DNA of 64,000 bases from an uncultured Reyranella sp. Lineage in GTDB: Bacteria; Pseudomonadota; Alphaproteobacteria; Reyranellales; Reyranellaceae. The DNA lies in assembly GCA_964533955.1 (NCBI GenBank), contig CAZHQA010000001.1, positions 44 through 64,043 of the forward strand. Reading direction: 5' to 3'. The notes beneath the pieces were generated by a model that had not been told where the DNA came from, made no database searches, and saw nothing but the letters and a program-made list of their open reading frames with translations. Within the stretch, counting starts at the first letter, position 1; every line of letters begins with the position of its first letter. Position numbers and translations under genes: made by a program. This document shows positions 47,110-57,782 of the stretch, piece by piece.

Positions 47110-47724
47110 ATGCCGAGTTTCCGTTACGAGCTGCGCTGTGAAGGACGCGTCGCCGGCATCGACGAGGCCGGCCGCGGCCCGCTGGCCGGCCCGGTAGTGG
47201 CGGCCGTCGCCGTCATCGACCGCAGCGCGGCCAAGCGGCGGCTCCTGAAGCTGATCGACGATTCCAAGAAGCTCGAGCTCGAGGATCGCGAGGCGGCCTA
47301 CGAGGCCATGATCGCCTCGGGCATCGTGCAGTACGGCGTGGGCGAGGCCACCGTCGAGGAAATCGACCGCGTCAACATCCTTCAGGCGACTTTCATCGCC
47401 ATGCGTCGCGCGCTCGAGGCGCTGGCCGAGAAGCCCGACATCGTCCTGATCGACGGCAACCAGGTGCCGCCGCGGCTCGGCTGCCGCGCCGAGACCATCG
47501 TCGGCGGCGATGGTCGCTCCTACTCGATCGCCGCCGCCTCGATCTTCGCCAAGGTGACGCGCGATCGGTACATGGCCAGACTCGCGGAGACCTATCCCGG
47601 CTACGGCTGGGAGACCAATCGCGGCTATGGCAGCGACGAGCATCGTGCCGCCATCGAGCGGCTCGGGCCGACGCCGCATCACCGCATGAGCTTTTCGCCG
47701 CTCAACCGGCTGCCCGGCCTGTAG
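47110..47724 (+). CDS. rnhB: ribonuclease HII
   Basis: ATG 47110 (MPSFRYEL) and AGIDEAGRGPLAGPVV. The upstream part of the 408-aa ORF 46498-47724 is antisense to the nucleotidyltransferase gene. Confidence 0.92.
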   Translation: MPSFRYELRCEGRVAGIDEAGRGPLAGPVVAAVAVIDRSAAKRRLLKLIDDSKKLELEDREAAYEAMIASGIVQYGVGEATVEEIDRVNILQATFIAMRRALEALAEKPDIVLIDGNQVPPRLGCRAETIVGGDGRSYSIAAASIFAKVTRDRYMARLAETYPGYGWETNRGYGSDEHRAAIERLGPTPHHRMSFSPLNRLPGL

Positions 47725-47739
47725 TCGGCTCTCGCTTCC

Positions 47740-47849
47740 CTCCCCAGTCTGCTGGGGAGATGTCGGCGCCATCGCCGTCGGAGGGGTCATGACCCATCGC
47801 CCTCGTGAGACGAGGGCACTTCCCCTTCGCGAAGTCCGCAAAGGGGAAG
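47740..47849. repeat. cluster of three short GC-rich hairpins plus a 12-nt palindrome in the rnhB-GST spacer
   Basis: CTCCCCAG-TCTG-CTGGGGAG (47740-47759), GGGTCATGACCC (47784-47795), GCCCTCG-TGAGA-CGAGGGC (47799-47817), and CTTCCCCTT-N13-AAGGGGAAG (47819-47849). Confidence 0.4.
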
Positions 47850-47921
47850 GAAGAGAAGAATTCGGGCTCACCATCGCGAGCGCCGGGATCAGCAAGCCGA
47901 TGTTCCGGCTAATGTCCCTCC

Positions 47922-48548
47922 ATGCTCACGCTCTACTACGCCCGCGACACGATCTCGCTCGCCACCCACATCCTTCTCGAGGAGGTCGGCGCTTCCTATT
48001 CGGCGGTGCGCATCGACTTCAAGACGACCCAGCAGCGCTCGCCCGAGTACCTCAGGATCAATCCCAAGGGGCGCATGCCGGCGCTGGTCACCGAGCGCGG
48101 CATCCTGACCGAGACGCCGGCGATGCTGGTCTACGTGGCGCAGGCCTTCGGCCGGCCCGACCTCCTGTCGATCGACGATCCCTTCGCCTTCGCCGAGGTC
48201 CAGGCCTTCAACGCCTATCTGTGCTCGGGTCTGCACATCAACCATGCGCACCGCATGCGCGGGCCGCGCTGGGTCGACGCGAACGACACGGCGGCGATCG
48301 CCGCCATGCAGCGCCATGTGCCGGTCTCGGTCGGCGCCAACTATGAGCTGATCGAGCGCGACATGCTCAAGGGGCCGTGGGTGATGGGCGAGCGCTACAC
48401 GATCTGCGATCCCTATCTCTTCACCCTGGCTCAGTGGCTCGAGCAGGACGGCGTCGATCCCAAACGCATCCCGAAGGTGATCGATCACCGCCGGCGCATG
48501 TCCGAGCGCGACACGGTGAAGAAGGCGATCGCGCAGGAGTTCGCCTAG
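47922..48548 (+). CDS. glutathione S-transferase
   Basis: MLTLYYARDTISLATHILLEE, INPKGRMPALV and ETPAMLVYV are GST N-domain motifs. Confidence 0.88.
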   Translation: MLTLYYARDTISLATHILLEEVGASYSAVRIDFKTTQQRSPEYLRINPKGRMPALVTERGILTETPAMLVYVAQAFGRPDLLSIDDPFAFAEVQAFNAYLCSGLHINHAHRMRGPRWVDANDTAAIAAMQRHVPVSVGANYELIERDMLKGPWVMGERYTICDPYLFTLAQWLEQDGVDPKRIPKVIDHRRRMSERDTVKKAIAQEFA

Positions 48549-49762
<1,214 letters not shown>

Positions 49763-49868
49763 ACCGCTAAAGCCATTCGAGATCAGCGGCTTACCCAGTG
49801 GGGGAGCCGTGATAGTTCGTTTGGCGCTTTATGGTTCGTCTGGCGCTTTTTGGCCTTGAGGCGCGGGG

Positions 49869-50936
49869 CTAGCTCTTCACCGCATGGGCGATGACTTTTC
49901 GCATGACGGTGGGCAACGCCCGCTCGGTCATGCGGTCCATCTCGACCCAGTCGCTGCCCGGCGCCAGCCTGGCCAGCCGCGCCGTCGTGGCGGTGGCGCG
50001 GGCGACCGCCAGCTCCAGGTGAAAGTGCGTGAAGGTGTGGCGCACGCCGCCGTCCAGCACCGTCCAGTTGGCCGGCACCGGTGCCTGCTTCAGCGCCTCG
50101 GCGATCACCAGCTTGCCCTCGCGCCACGGGCTCGACGGCACTTCGTCCATGCCGCCCAGAAGTCCCTTGGCCGGCCGCTTGCGCAGCAGGATGGCGCCGT
50201 CCTTGCGCGCCAGCACGAAGGCAAGTCCGCGGCGCGTCGGCTTGTCGGCCTTGGCCAGCCGGCGCGGCAGTTCGTCGGCGATGCCGAGCTTGCGCGCCCG
50301 GCAGTTCTTCATCAGCGGGCAGATCACGCAGCGCGGGCTCCTCGGCGTGCATACCGTGGCGCCGAGATCCATCATTGCCTGCGCGTAGTCGCCGGCACGT
50401 TGCCGTGGCACCAGCTTCTCGGCGCGCGCCTGGATCTCGGGCTTGGCGTTGGGCAACGGCGTCTCGATGGCATAGAGGCGCGCGATCACGCGCTCGACAT
50501 TGCCGTCGACTGCCGAGGCCGGCTGATCGAAGGCGATGGCGCGAACTGCGGCCGCGGTGTAGGGCCCGACGCCGGGCAAGGCCCGCAGCGCCGCCTCGTC
50601 CTCGGGGAATTGCCCATCATGTTTCTCGCACACGGCGCGCGCGCAGGCGTGCAGGTTGCGAGCCCGTGCGTAGTAACCGAGGCCCGCCCAGGCCGAGAGC
50701 ACCTCGTCGATCGGCGCGGCGGCCAGTGACTCGACCGTCGGCCAGCGCTTCACGAAGCGGTGAAAGTAGTCGCCCACCGTGGCCACGGTGGTCTGCTGCA
50801 GCATGATCTCCGACAGCCACACGACATAAGGCGCGCTGACGTTTCCCGGCGGCGCGCGCCAGGGCAGGGTGCGGCGGTGGCGGTCGTACCATTCGAGCAG
50901 CCGCGCAGCGTGGCTTTCCGGCGAGGTCATGGTCAT
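49869..50936 (-). CDS. mutY: A/G-specific adenine DNA glycosylase
   Basis: WLSEIMLQQTTV (HhH-GPD), the Fe-S loop CTPRSPRCVICPLMKNC, and a NUDIX-like C-terminal domain. Confidence 0.92.
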   Translation of the reverse strand: MTMTSPESHAARLLEWYDRHRRTLPWRAPPGNVSAPYVVWLSEIMLQQTTVATVGDYFHRFVKRWPTVESLAAAPIDEVLSAWAGLGYYARARNLHACARAVCEKHDGQFPEDEAALRALPGVGPYTAAAVRAIAFDQPASAVDGNVERVIARLYAIETPLPNAKPEIQARAEKLVPRQRAGDYAQAMMDLGATVCTPRSPRCVICPLMKNCRARKLGIADELPRRLAKADKPTRRGLAFVLARKDGAILLRKRPAKGLLGGMDEVPSSPWREGKLVIAEALKQAPVPANWTVLDGGVRHTFTHFHLELAVARATATTARLARLAPGSDWVEMDRMTERALPTVMRKVIAHAVKS

Positions 50937-50982
50937 GTAAGGGGCCGTGGCCTACCATACGAGTTGTCGTTTGAAAGGGTCC

Positions 50983-52059
50983 ATGCGCGAAAAAGGCTTC
51001 CGTGCCGTCGGCGGTCTGGCCCAGCGCCTGACGTCCGATATCGCCAAGGGGCGCGGGAAGGGGCGCGGCGTCTCGATTGCCCAGCTCAAGGCTGACTGGT
51101 CGGCGATCGTCGGCGCCGAGCTTGCCCGGCTGACCGAGCCCGACGCCCTGCTGGCCGGACGCGGCGGCAAGAGCGGCAAGGCGCTGCGGCTCAAGGTGGC
51201 CGGTGCGGCCGCGCTCGAGGTCCAGCACCAGAGCGGCCAGTTCGTCGAACGGGTGAACGCCTATTTCGGCCACAAGTTCATCGACGACATCCGGCTGGTC
51301 CAGGGGAGCATCGCCCGCACGCCGCCACCTCGGCCATCGCGCGCCGCCGATCCGCAGGCGGTGCAGCGCATGGCCGGCAAGGTGGCCGACGTTGAGGACC
51401 CGGAATTGCGCGCCGCGCTCGCGCGGCTCGGTGCCCGCATCGAGACCGGCCGGCGCGGGGTGCTGCTGGGCCTCGCTGGCGCCTTCGCTGTCGCCGGCGC
51501 CGGCCGCTCGCCGGCACAGGCGGCCGACATCGACAAGCTGCTGGCCGTGATGCCCGGCGATCATGTGCTGGGCGTGGCGAGTGCACCCAACATCATCATC
51601 GACTATTTCTCGCTCACCTGTCCGCACTGCGCCAACTTCCATGCCGCCGTGCTGCCGCAGATCAGGCGCGAGTGGATCGACAACGGCCGCGCCCGCTTCG
51701 TCTACCGTCACTACCCCTCGGACTCGGTCGCCACCCACGCCAGCCAGCTCTCCGAGTGCGGCGGCGCCGAGCGATTCTTTGCCACCGTCGACACCTTGTT
51801 CCGCACCCAGGTCGATTGGCTGACCGCGCCGGATCCCGACAGCGAGATGGTGAAGGTGGCCGAGAAGGCGGGCATCGCCGGGGCCGCCCAGTGCCTCGCC
51901 AACGACCGGCTCCTCGACAGGATCGTGGCCGACGTGCAGTCCGGCCAGGCGCTCCAGGTCCGGGCCACCCCGACGCTGTTCATCAACGAACAGTTCTATG
52001 GAAATCCCGCCGACGGCGCCGCGGGGATCAGCGCAATTTTGGCCCAAGTCGGGCGGTAA
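50983..52059 (+). CDS. DUF721 (DciA-type) domain fused in frame to a DsbA-like thioredoxin domain
   Basis: ATG 50983 is preceded by GAAAGGG. The N-terminal WSAIVGAELARLTEP...LRLKVAGAAALEVQHQSGQFVERVNAYFGHKFIDDIRLVQG is DUF721-like. A hydrophobic segment RRGVLLGLAGAFAVAGAG follows. The C-terminal DsbA fold carries FSLTCPHCANFH. There is no stop codon between the two parts. Confidence 0.7.
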   Translation: MREKGFRAVGGLAQRLTSDIAKGRGKGRGVSIAQLKADWSAIVGAELARLTEPDALLAGRGGKSGKALRLKVAGAAALEVQHQSGQFVERVNAYFGHKFIDDIRLVQGSIARTPPPRPSRAADPQAVQRMAGKVADVEDPELRAALARLGARIETGRRGVLLGLAGAFAVAGAGRSPAQAADIDKLLAVMPGDHVLGVASAPNIIIDYFSLTCPHCANFHAAVLPQIRREWIDNGRARFVYRHYPSDSVATHASQLSECGGAERFFATVDTLFRTQVDWLTAPDPDSEMVKVAEKAGIAGAAQCLANDRLLDRIVADVQSGQALQVRATPTLFINEQFYGNPADGAAGISAILAQVGR

Positions 52060-52113
52060 TCGTTTGACACTGCACAGGCTTGATTCCCAAGATATAGTGG
52101 AGAGGGAGAGGTA

Positions 52114-52773
52114 ATGCGGAACATCTTGATCGCCGCCGTCGGCGTCGTGGCGGTGGCTGCGATTGCGGCTGGCGTCTATTTCGGGACCCGCTCAACCGTG
52201 CTCGACCCGGCGCCGACGCCGGTGGCCGCGACTCCCGACAAGACCGCCTTGCTCGCCATCCAGCCCACCGACCATGTGCTGGGCGACCCCAAGGCGCCGG
52301 TGACCTTGATCGAATATGCCTCCTTCACCTGTCCGCATTGCGCCCACTTCGCCACCCAGATCCTGCCGGTGGTGAAGAAGAAGTGGATCGACAGCGGCAA
52401 GGTCAAGCTGATCTACCGCGACTTCCCGCTCGACCAGACGGCGGTGAAGGCCGCCCAGCTCGCCGAATGCGCGGGCAAGGACCGCTACTTCGCCGTCGTC
52501 GACATGATCTTCGCCACCCAGGGCACCTGGGCCGCCGCGTCCGACCCGATCGCCGAGCTCGCCAAGGGCCTGCGCATCGCCGGCATGGGCGACAACGAAG
52601 TCAAGGCTTGCCTCGCCAACGATGCGGTGGCCAACGGCGTGATCGCCGACTATCGCGGCGGTGAGACCTTGGGCGTCAATTCGACGCCGACGCTTTTCAT
52701 CAACGGCCAGCAGTATCGCGGAACGCGCACGGTCGAGGATCTCGATCAGACGTTCGGCAAGCTGACCCAATAA
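52114..52773 (+). CDS. DsbA-family thiol:disulfide oxidoreductase
   Basis: Strong SD GGGAGAGG, N-terminal anchor ILIAAVGVVAVAAIAAGVYF, and active site FTCPHCAHF. Confidence 0.88.
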   Translation: MRNILIAAVGVVAVAAIAAGVYFGTRSTVLDPAPTPVAATPDKTALLAIQPTDHVLGDPKAPVTLIEYASFTCPHCAHFATQILPVVKKKWIDSGKVKLIYRDFPLDQTAVKAAQLAECAGKDRYFAVVDMIFATQGTWAAASDPIAELAKGLRIAGMGDNEVKACLANDAVANGVIADYRGGETLGVNSTPTLFINGQQYRGTRTVEDLDQTFGKLTQ

Positions 52774-52808
52774 GAGTTTCACAGAGTAACAAGACAGGCG
52801 TGGGGTAG

Positions 52809-55800
52809 ATGGTTCAGTTCGACAAGCTCAGGCTCTCCGGATTCAAGTCCTTCGTCGACCCGACCGAGCTCGCCATCGAGTCCGGCATGACCGGCATCGT
52901 CGGCCCCAACGGCTGCGGCAAATCGAATCTCGTCGAGGCGCTGAAGTGGGTGATGGGTGAAACGTCCGCCAAGCAGATGCGCGGCAGCGAGATGGAGGAC
53001 GTGATCTTCGCCGGCGCCGGCACCCGGCCGGCGCGCAACATCGCCGAGGTCATGCTGAGCCTCGACAACAAGACGCGTACTGCGCCCGCCATGGTCAACG
53101 ACACCGACCAGCTCGACGTGGTTCGCCGCATCGAGCGCGGCCAGGGTTCGGCCTATTCGGTCAACGGCCGCGAGATCCGCGCCCGCGACGTGCAGACGCT
53201 ATTTGCCGATGCGGCGACGGGATCGCGCTCGACCGCGCTGGTGAGCCAGGGCCGCATCGGCGCGCTGATCAACGCCAAGGCGGCCGATCGGCGCACCATC
53301 ATCGACGAGGCGGCCGGCATCACCGGCCTCTATGCCCGTCGCCACGAGGCCGAGCTGCGGCTGCGCGCCGCCGAGCAGAACCTTGCCCGCGTGCAGGACG
53401 TGCTGGTCGCGCTCGACGAGCAGCACAAGGGCCTGAAGCGCCAGGCGCGCCAGGCCAGCCGCTACCGCAACCTGAGCGACCATATCCGCCGCGCCGAAGC
53501 CGCGGTGCTGGCGCTCAAGCTTGCCAAGGCCGAGAGCGAGCTCACCGAAGCCGGCGAGCGGCTGAAGGAGGCCGAGGCGCAGGTCGCCGATCTCACGCGT
53601 CTGGTGGGCCTTGCCACCACGGCGCAGGCGGAAGCGGCCACCGCGCTGCCGCCCTTGCGCAACGACGAGGCCGCCGCGGCCGCTGCCCTGCAGCGCCTGC
53701 GCGTGGCGCACGATGCGCTGAGCGCCGAAGCCGAGCGTGTCGCAGCGGCCCAGAAGGACGCCGAAACCCGCCTCGCCCAGACCGACCAGGACCTCGTGCG
53801 CGAGCGCGGCCGCAAGAGCGACGCCGAGGCGGCCATTGCCGAGCTCGGTGGCCAGCGCACCCGGCTGGAACAGGAACGCGTCGGCGAGGATGAGCGTGCC
53901 GCCGCGGCCCAGCAGGCGCGCGATGCGGCCCACGCCACGACCATCGACGCCGAAACCGAGCACGATCGCCTGACCCGCCAGATCGCCGACGACGAGGCAT
54001 TGCGCGACAGCACCTCGCGCGAGGTCGCCGAGCTGGTAGAGCGTTTGCGCCGGCTCGAAGTGCGCCGCGACGAAGTGGCCGCCCTGCAGCGCCAGATCGA
54101 GGGCGAGCTCGCCGGCCTGCCGGCTCTCGCCGAGGTCGAAGCCGCCCTCGAGGCGGCCCGCTCGGCGCTCGACGAGGCCCGCCGTCACGGCCAACGCGCG
54201 ATCGAGACGGCGCGCGAGGCCGAACGCTACGAATCCGATGCCGCCCGCCAGGCCGTCGCCCGCGCCGAGGCCGAGCGACTCGATGTCGAGCGTGCCCGCG
54301 CCGCTGATCGCTCGGCCGCCGAGGCGAGCTACGCCGCCGTCCTCGAGGAGCTGCAGAAGGCCAATTCGCGGCTGACCAAGCTGCGCGCCGAGGAAGCAGG
54401 TGTCGCTGCGGCGCTGAAGTCGGCGGCCGATTCGCTCTGGCCGCCGCTGCTCGACGCGCTGACCGTCGAGCCGGGTTTCGAGAAAGCCCTGGCCTCGGCC
54501 TTCGGCGAGGAGCTGGAGGCATCCTCCGATCGCGGCGCACCGATCCACTGGCTGCCGCTCGGGCCGCTCGCCGATGGACCGGCCTTGCCGGCCGAAGCGA
54601 CGCCGCTTGCCGCACACGTCAAGGCGCCGGCCGAACTCGAGCGCCGGCTCGCCTTCATTGGCCTCGTCGCCGACGAGGCGACGGGCGCCGCCCTGCAGGC
54701 GAGCCTCAAACCCGGCCAGCAACTCGTGACGCGCGACGGCGCGGTGTGGCGGTGGGACGGCTTCACCATGCACGCCGGCGCCCCCTCGGCGGCTGCCGCC
54801 CGGCTCAGCCAGCGCAACCGGCTGGCCGATATCCGCCAGCAGATCGATACGGTCGCCGGCGAGCAGGCCGAGGCGCAAAAGGCGGTCGACGCCGAAGCAA
54901 GCCTCCTCGCCGCGGCGCGCGAAGCGGAAAAGACGAGCGTCGAGCAGGCCCGTGCCCACGAGCGCGAGATCGCCGAGGCGGCGCGGCGCAAGACCCAGGA
55001 TGCCGGCGAAAGCACGCGCGCTGCCGAACGCGCCGCGCAGGAGGCCATCGCGGCGGCCGAGAAGGTCGCGGTCGAGGCGAGCGCGCACCACACCGATGTG
55101 GCGCGCCGCACCGCCGAGCTGCGCAGCCGGTCGACCGCCACCGGGCAGACCCTCGCGGAGCTCATGGGCGACGTCGCCGACGCCGAGATGCGCCGCACCT
55201 TCCGCCAGGCCCGGCTGTCGGCGATCTCCGACACCCAGGCCGATCGCGTCACGGCGGGCACGCTGCGCGGCCGCATCGCCGAGCTGCGGGCGGCGCTGGT
55301 CGAGGCCGAAGGCAATTGCGATCGGCTGGCGCGCGAGGCGGCCCTGCGGACCGAGCGGCTGGAGCAGATCGCGCAGGACCACGGCGGCTGGAGCAATCGC
55401 CTGGCCGATGCCGACGGCCAGATCGGCGAGCTCGAGGCGCGGCGCGAGCAGATCGCGGCGGCCATCGCCGAACTCGCCGCCAAGCCGGCCGAGATCGAGG
55501 CGCAGAAGAACGCGCTGGGCGAGGAGATCGCCAAGGCCGAGGTCAAGCGCCAGGGCGCGGCCGACCGGCTGGCGGTCGGCGAGACACGGCTCGCCGAGTC
55601 CGACAAGGCGCTGCGCAGCGCCGAGGGCGAGCTTGCCGGGGCGCGCGAGGCGCGCGTACGCCGCGAGGGACTGGTCGAGCAGGCGAACAAGGATCGCGAG
55701 GCGGTGGTCGAGCGCATCGTCGAGCGGCTGCGCTGCGAGCCCGAGGGCGTGCTCGCCGTGGCCGAGGTCGAGAAGCTCGACGAACTGCCCGAGATCGCCA

Positions 55801-56465
55801 AGGCCGAGCATCGGCTGGAGCGGCTGGTGCACGAGCGCGAGACGATGGGCGCGGTCAACCTGCGCGCCGAGGAGGAAGCCAACGAGCTCGAGCAGCAGAT
55901 CGTCGGCATGACCACCGAGCGCGACGACCTGGTCGCCGCCATCGGCCGCCTGCGACAGGGCATCCAGAGCCTGAACCGCGAGGGCCGCGAGCGCTTCCTC
56001 GTCGCCTTCGAGCAGGTGAGCGGCCACTTCCAGCAGCTCTTCACCAAACTGTTCGGCGGCGGCAAGGCCGAGCTTCGGCTGACCGAATCGGAGGACCCGC
56101 TGGAAGCCGGCCTGGAGATCCATGCCAGCCCGCCGGGCAAGAAGCTCCAGGTCATGTCGCTGCTGTCGGGCGGCGAGCAGGCGCTGACCGCCCTGTCGCT
56201 CCTGTTCGCGGTGTTCATGACCAACCCCGCGCCGATCTGCGTGCTGGACGAGGTGGACGCACCGCTCGACGACCTCAACGTCGAGCGCTTCTGCGGCTTG
56301 GTCAAGGAGATCAGCGGGCGCACCGACACGCGCTTCCTGATCATCACCCACCATCGCGTGACGATGGCGCGCATGGATCGGCTGTACGGCGTCACCATGG
56401 CCGAGCAGGGCGTTTCGCAGCTCGTCTCGGTCAACCTCATGGAGGCCGATCGTCTCGTCGCCTGA
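52809..56465 (+). CDS. smc: chromosome segregation protein SMC
   Basis: Walker A GPNGCGKSNLVEAL, long Ala/Glu/Arg-rich coiled coils, a hinge, signature LSGGEQALTALSLLFAVF, and Walker B VLDEVDAPLDD. Confidence 0.95.
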   Translation: MVQFDKLRLSGFKSFVDPTELAIESGMTGIVGPNGCGKSNLVEALKWVMGETSAKQMRGSEMEDVIFAGAGTRPARNIAEVMLSLDNKTRTAPAMVNDTDQLDVVRRIERGQGSAYSVNGREIRARDVQTLFADAATGSRSTALVSQGRIGALINAKAADRRTIIDEAAGITGLYARRHEAELRLRAAEQNLARVQDVLVALDEQHKGLKRQARQASRYRNLSDHIRRAEAAVLALKLAKAESELTEAGERLKEAEAQVADLTRLVGLATTAQAEAATALPPLRNDEAAAAAALQRLRVAHDALSAEAERVAAAQKDAETRLAQTDQDLVRERGRKSDAEAAIAELGGQRTRLEQERVGEDERAAAAQQARDAAHATTIDAETEHDRLTRQIADDEALRDSTSREVAELVERLRRLEVRRDEVAALQRQIEGELAGLPALAEVEAALEAARSALDEARRHGQRAIETAREAERYESDAARQAVARAEAERLDVERARAADRSAAEASYAAVLEELQKANSRLTKLRAEEAGVAAALKSAADSLWPPLLDALTVEPGFEKALASAFGEELEASSDRGAPIHWLPLGPLADGPALPAEATPLAAHVKAPAELERRLAFIGLVADEATGAALQASLKPGQQLVTRDGAVWRWDGFTMHAGAPSAAAARLSQRNRLADIRQQIDTVAGEQAEAQKAVDAEASLLAAAREAEKTSVEQARAHEREIAEAARRKTQDAGESTRAAERAAQEAIAAAEKVAVEASAHHTDVARRTAELRSRSTATGQTLAELMGDVADAEMRRTFRQARLSAISDTQADRVTAGTLRGRIAELRAALVEAEGNCDRLAREAALRTERLEQIAQDHGGWSNRLADADGQIGELEARREQIAAAIAELAAKPAEIEAQKNALGEEIAKAEVKRQGAADRLAVGETRLAESDKALRSAEGELAGAREARVRREGLVEQANKDREAVVERIVERLRCEPEGVLAVAEVEKLDELPEIAKAEHRLERLVHERETMGAVNLRAEEEANELEQQIVGMTTERDDLVAAIGRLRQGIQSLNREGRERFLVAFEQVSGHFQQLFTKLFGGGKAELRLTESEDPLEAGLEIHASPPGKKLQVMSLLSGGEQALTALSLLFAVFMTNPAPICVLDEVDAPLDDLNVERFCGLVKEISGRTDTRFLIITHHRVTMARMDRLYGVTMAEQGVSQLVSVNLMEADRLVA

Positions 56466-56517
56466 GGCGGCGCCTGCGTTTCATAACAACAAGACTGTTC
56501 TTCCTCTCATCTCGACT

Positions 56518-56553
56518 GAGCGCCGGTTCTGCAGGGCCGGCGCTCTTCTCTTT
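56518..56553 (+). terminator. intrinsic terminator after smc
   Basis: GAGCGCCGG-N10-CCGGCGCTC followed by TTCTCTTT, 53 nt after the smc stop. Confidence 0.6.
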
Positions 56554-56580
56554 GGCGGGCCGCGGAGGTACTGTCCGGCC

Positions 56581-57771
56581 ATGCCCGACACGATGGCACC
56601 TTCGGCAGTCGACACGGTCGAATTGACGCGCGCGCTGGTGCGCTGCGAGAGCGTGACACCGCGCGAGGCGGGCGCGCTGCAGCTCCTCGAGCGCATGCTG
56701 GGCGCCATCGGCTTCAGGTGCGAGCGCATGGATTTCACCCAGGCCGGCACCGACGACGTCGCCAACCTCTATGCCCGCATCGGCGACGGCGGCAGGCACT
56801 TCTGCTTTGCCGGTCATTCCGATGTCGTGCCGGTCGGCGACCTTTCGTCGTGGACGATCGGGCCGTTCTCGGCCGAGCTGTCGAGCGGCTACCTGTTCGG
56901 CCGCGGCGCCGCCGACATGAAGGGCGCGATCGCGGCGTTCGCCGAGGCGTCGGCGCGCTTCCTGGCGCGGCGCGGCCGCGACTTCGGCGGATCGATCAGC
57001 CTGTTGATCACCGGCGACGAGGAAGGACCGGCGGTCAACGGCACGGTCAAGATGCTGAAGCGGCTCGCCGAGCGCGGCGAGACGATCGATGCCTGCGTGG
57101 TCGGCGAGCCGACCAGCTCCCGGCGCTTCGGCGACATGATGAAGATCGGCCGGCGCGGCAGCATGACCGTCGATCTCGCGGTGCGCGGCATCCAGGGTCA
57201 TGTCGGCTATCCCGAGCGGCTGGACAATCCGCTCCATCGCCTGTCGGCGATCATCGAGGCGCTGGTGCGCGAGCCGATCGACAACGGCAGCACCCATTTC
57301 CAGCCGACTTCGCTGCAGTTCACCACCATCGATGTCGGCAACAAGGCGACCAACATCGCGCCGGGCGTCGCCAAGGCGCGCTTCAACACGCGCTTCAACG
57401 ACCTCTGGACGTCCGACAAGCTGCTGGCGCATCTCAAGCAGCGCATCGAGCGCGCGAGCGCCGCGGTCGGCGGCAACGGCACGGTCGAGTACACCAAGGT
57501 CGAAGTGTCGGGCGAATCCTTCTACACGCCGCCCGGCGCGCTGGTCGAACTGGTGGCGGGCGCGGTGCGCGAAGTGACGGGCAGCGAGCCCGAGCTTTCG
57601 ACCACGGGCGGCACGTCGGACGCGCGCTTCATCAGCCGCTACTGCCCGGTGCTCGAGTTCGGCCTGGTCGGCGAGACCATGCACAAGGTCGACGAGAAGA
57701 GCGCGATCGCCGACCTCAAGGCGCTGTCGCGCGTCTATGAAACGGTGCTCGATCGCTACTTCGCGGCCTGA
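56581..57771 (+). CDS. dapE: succinyl-diaminopimelate desuccinylase
   Basis: M20 peptidase motifs GHSDVVPVG and ITGDEEG, plus the dimerisation domain. Length 396 aa. Confidence 0.93.
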   Translation: MPDTMAPSAVDTVELTRALVRCESVTPREAGALQLLERMLGAIGFRCERMDFTQAGTDDVANLYARIGDGGRHFCFAGHSDVVPVGDLSSWTIGPFSAELSSGYLFGRGAADMKGAIAAFAEASARFLARRGRDFGGSISLLITGDEEGPAVNGTVKMLKRLAERGETIDACVVGEPTSSRRFGDMMKIGRRGSMTVDLAVRGIQGHVGYPERLDNPLHRLSAIIEALVREPIDNGSTHFQPTSLQFTTIDVGNKATNIAPGVAKARFNTRFNDLWTSDKLLAHLKQRIERASAAVGGNGTVEYTKVEVSGESFYTPPGALVELVAGAVREVTGSEPELSTTGGTSDARFISRYCPVLEFGLVGETMHKVDEKSAIADLKALSRVYETVLDRYFAA

Positions 57772-57782
57772 CGGGCCGGTCG

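Noticed and set aside
53199-56354. 1051-aa minus-strand ORF (plus the 54329-56440 and 54746-56626 ORFs)
   Set aside because: All overlap smc, whose own frame carries Walker A/B and signature motifs. The alternatives are Arg/Ala/Gly-rich shadow frames.
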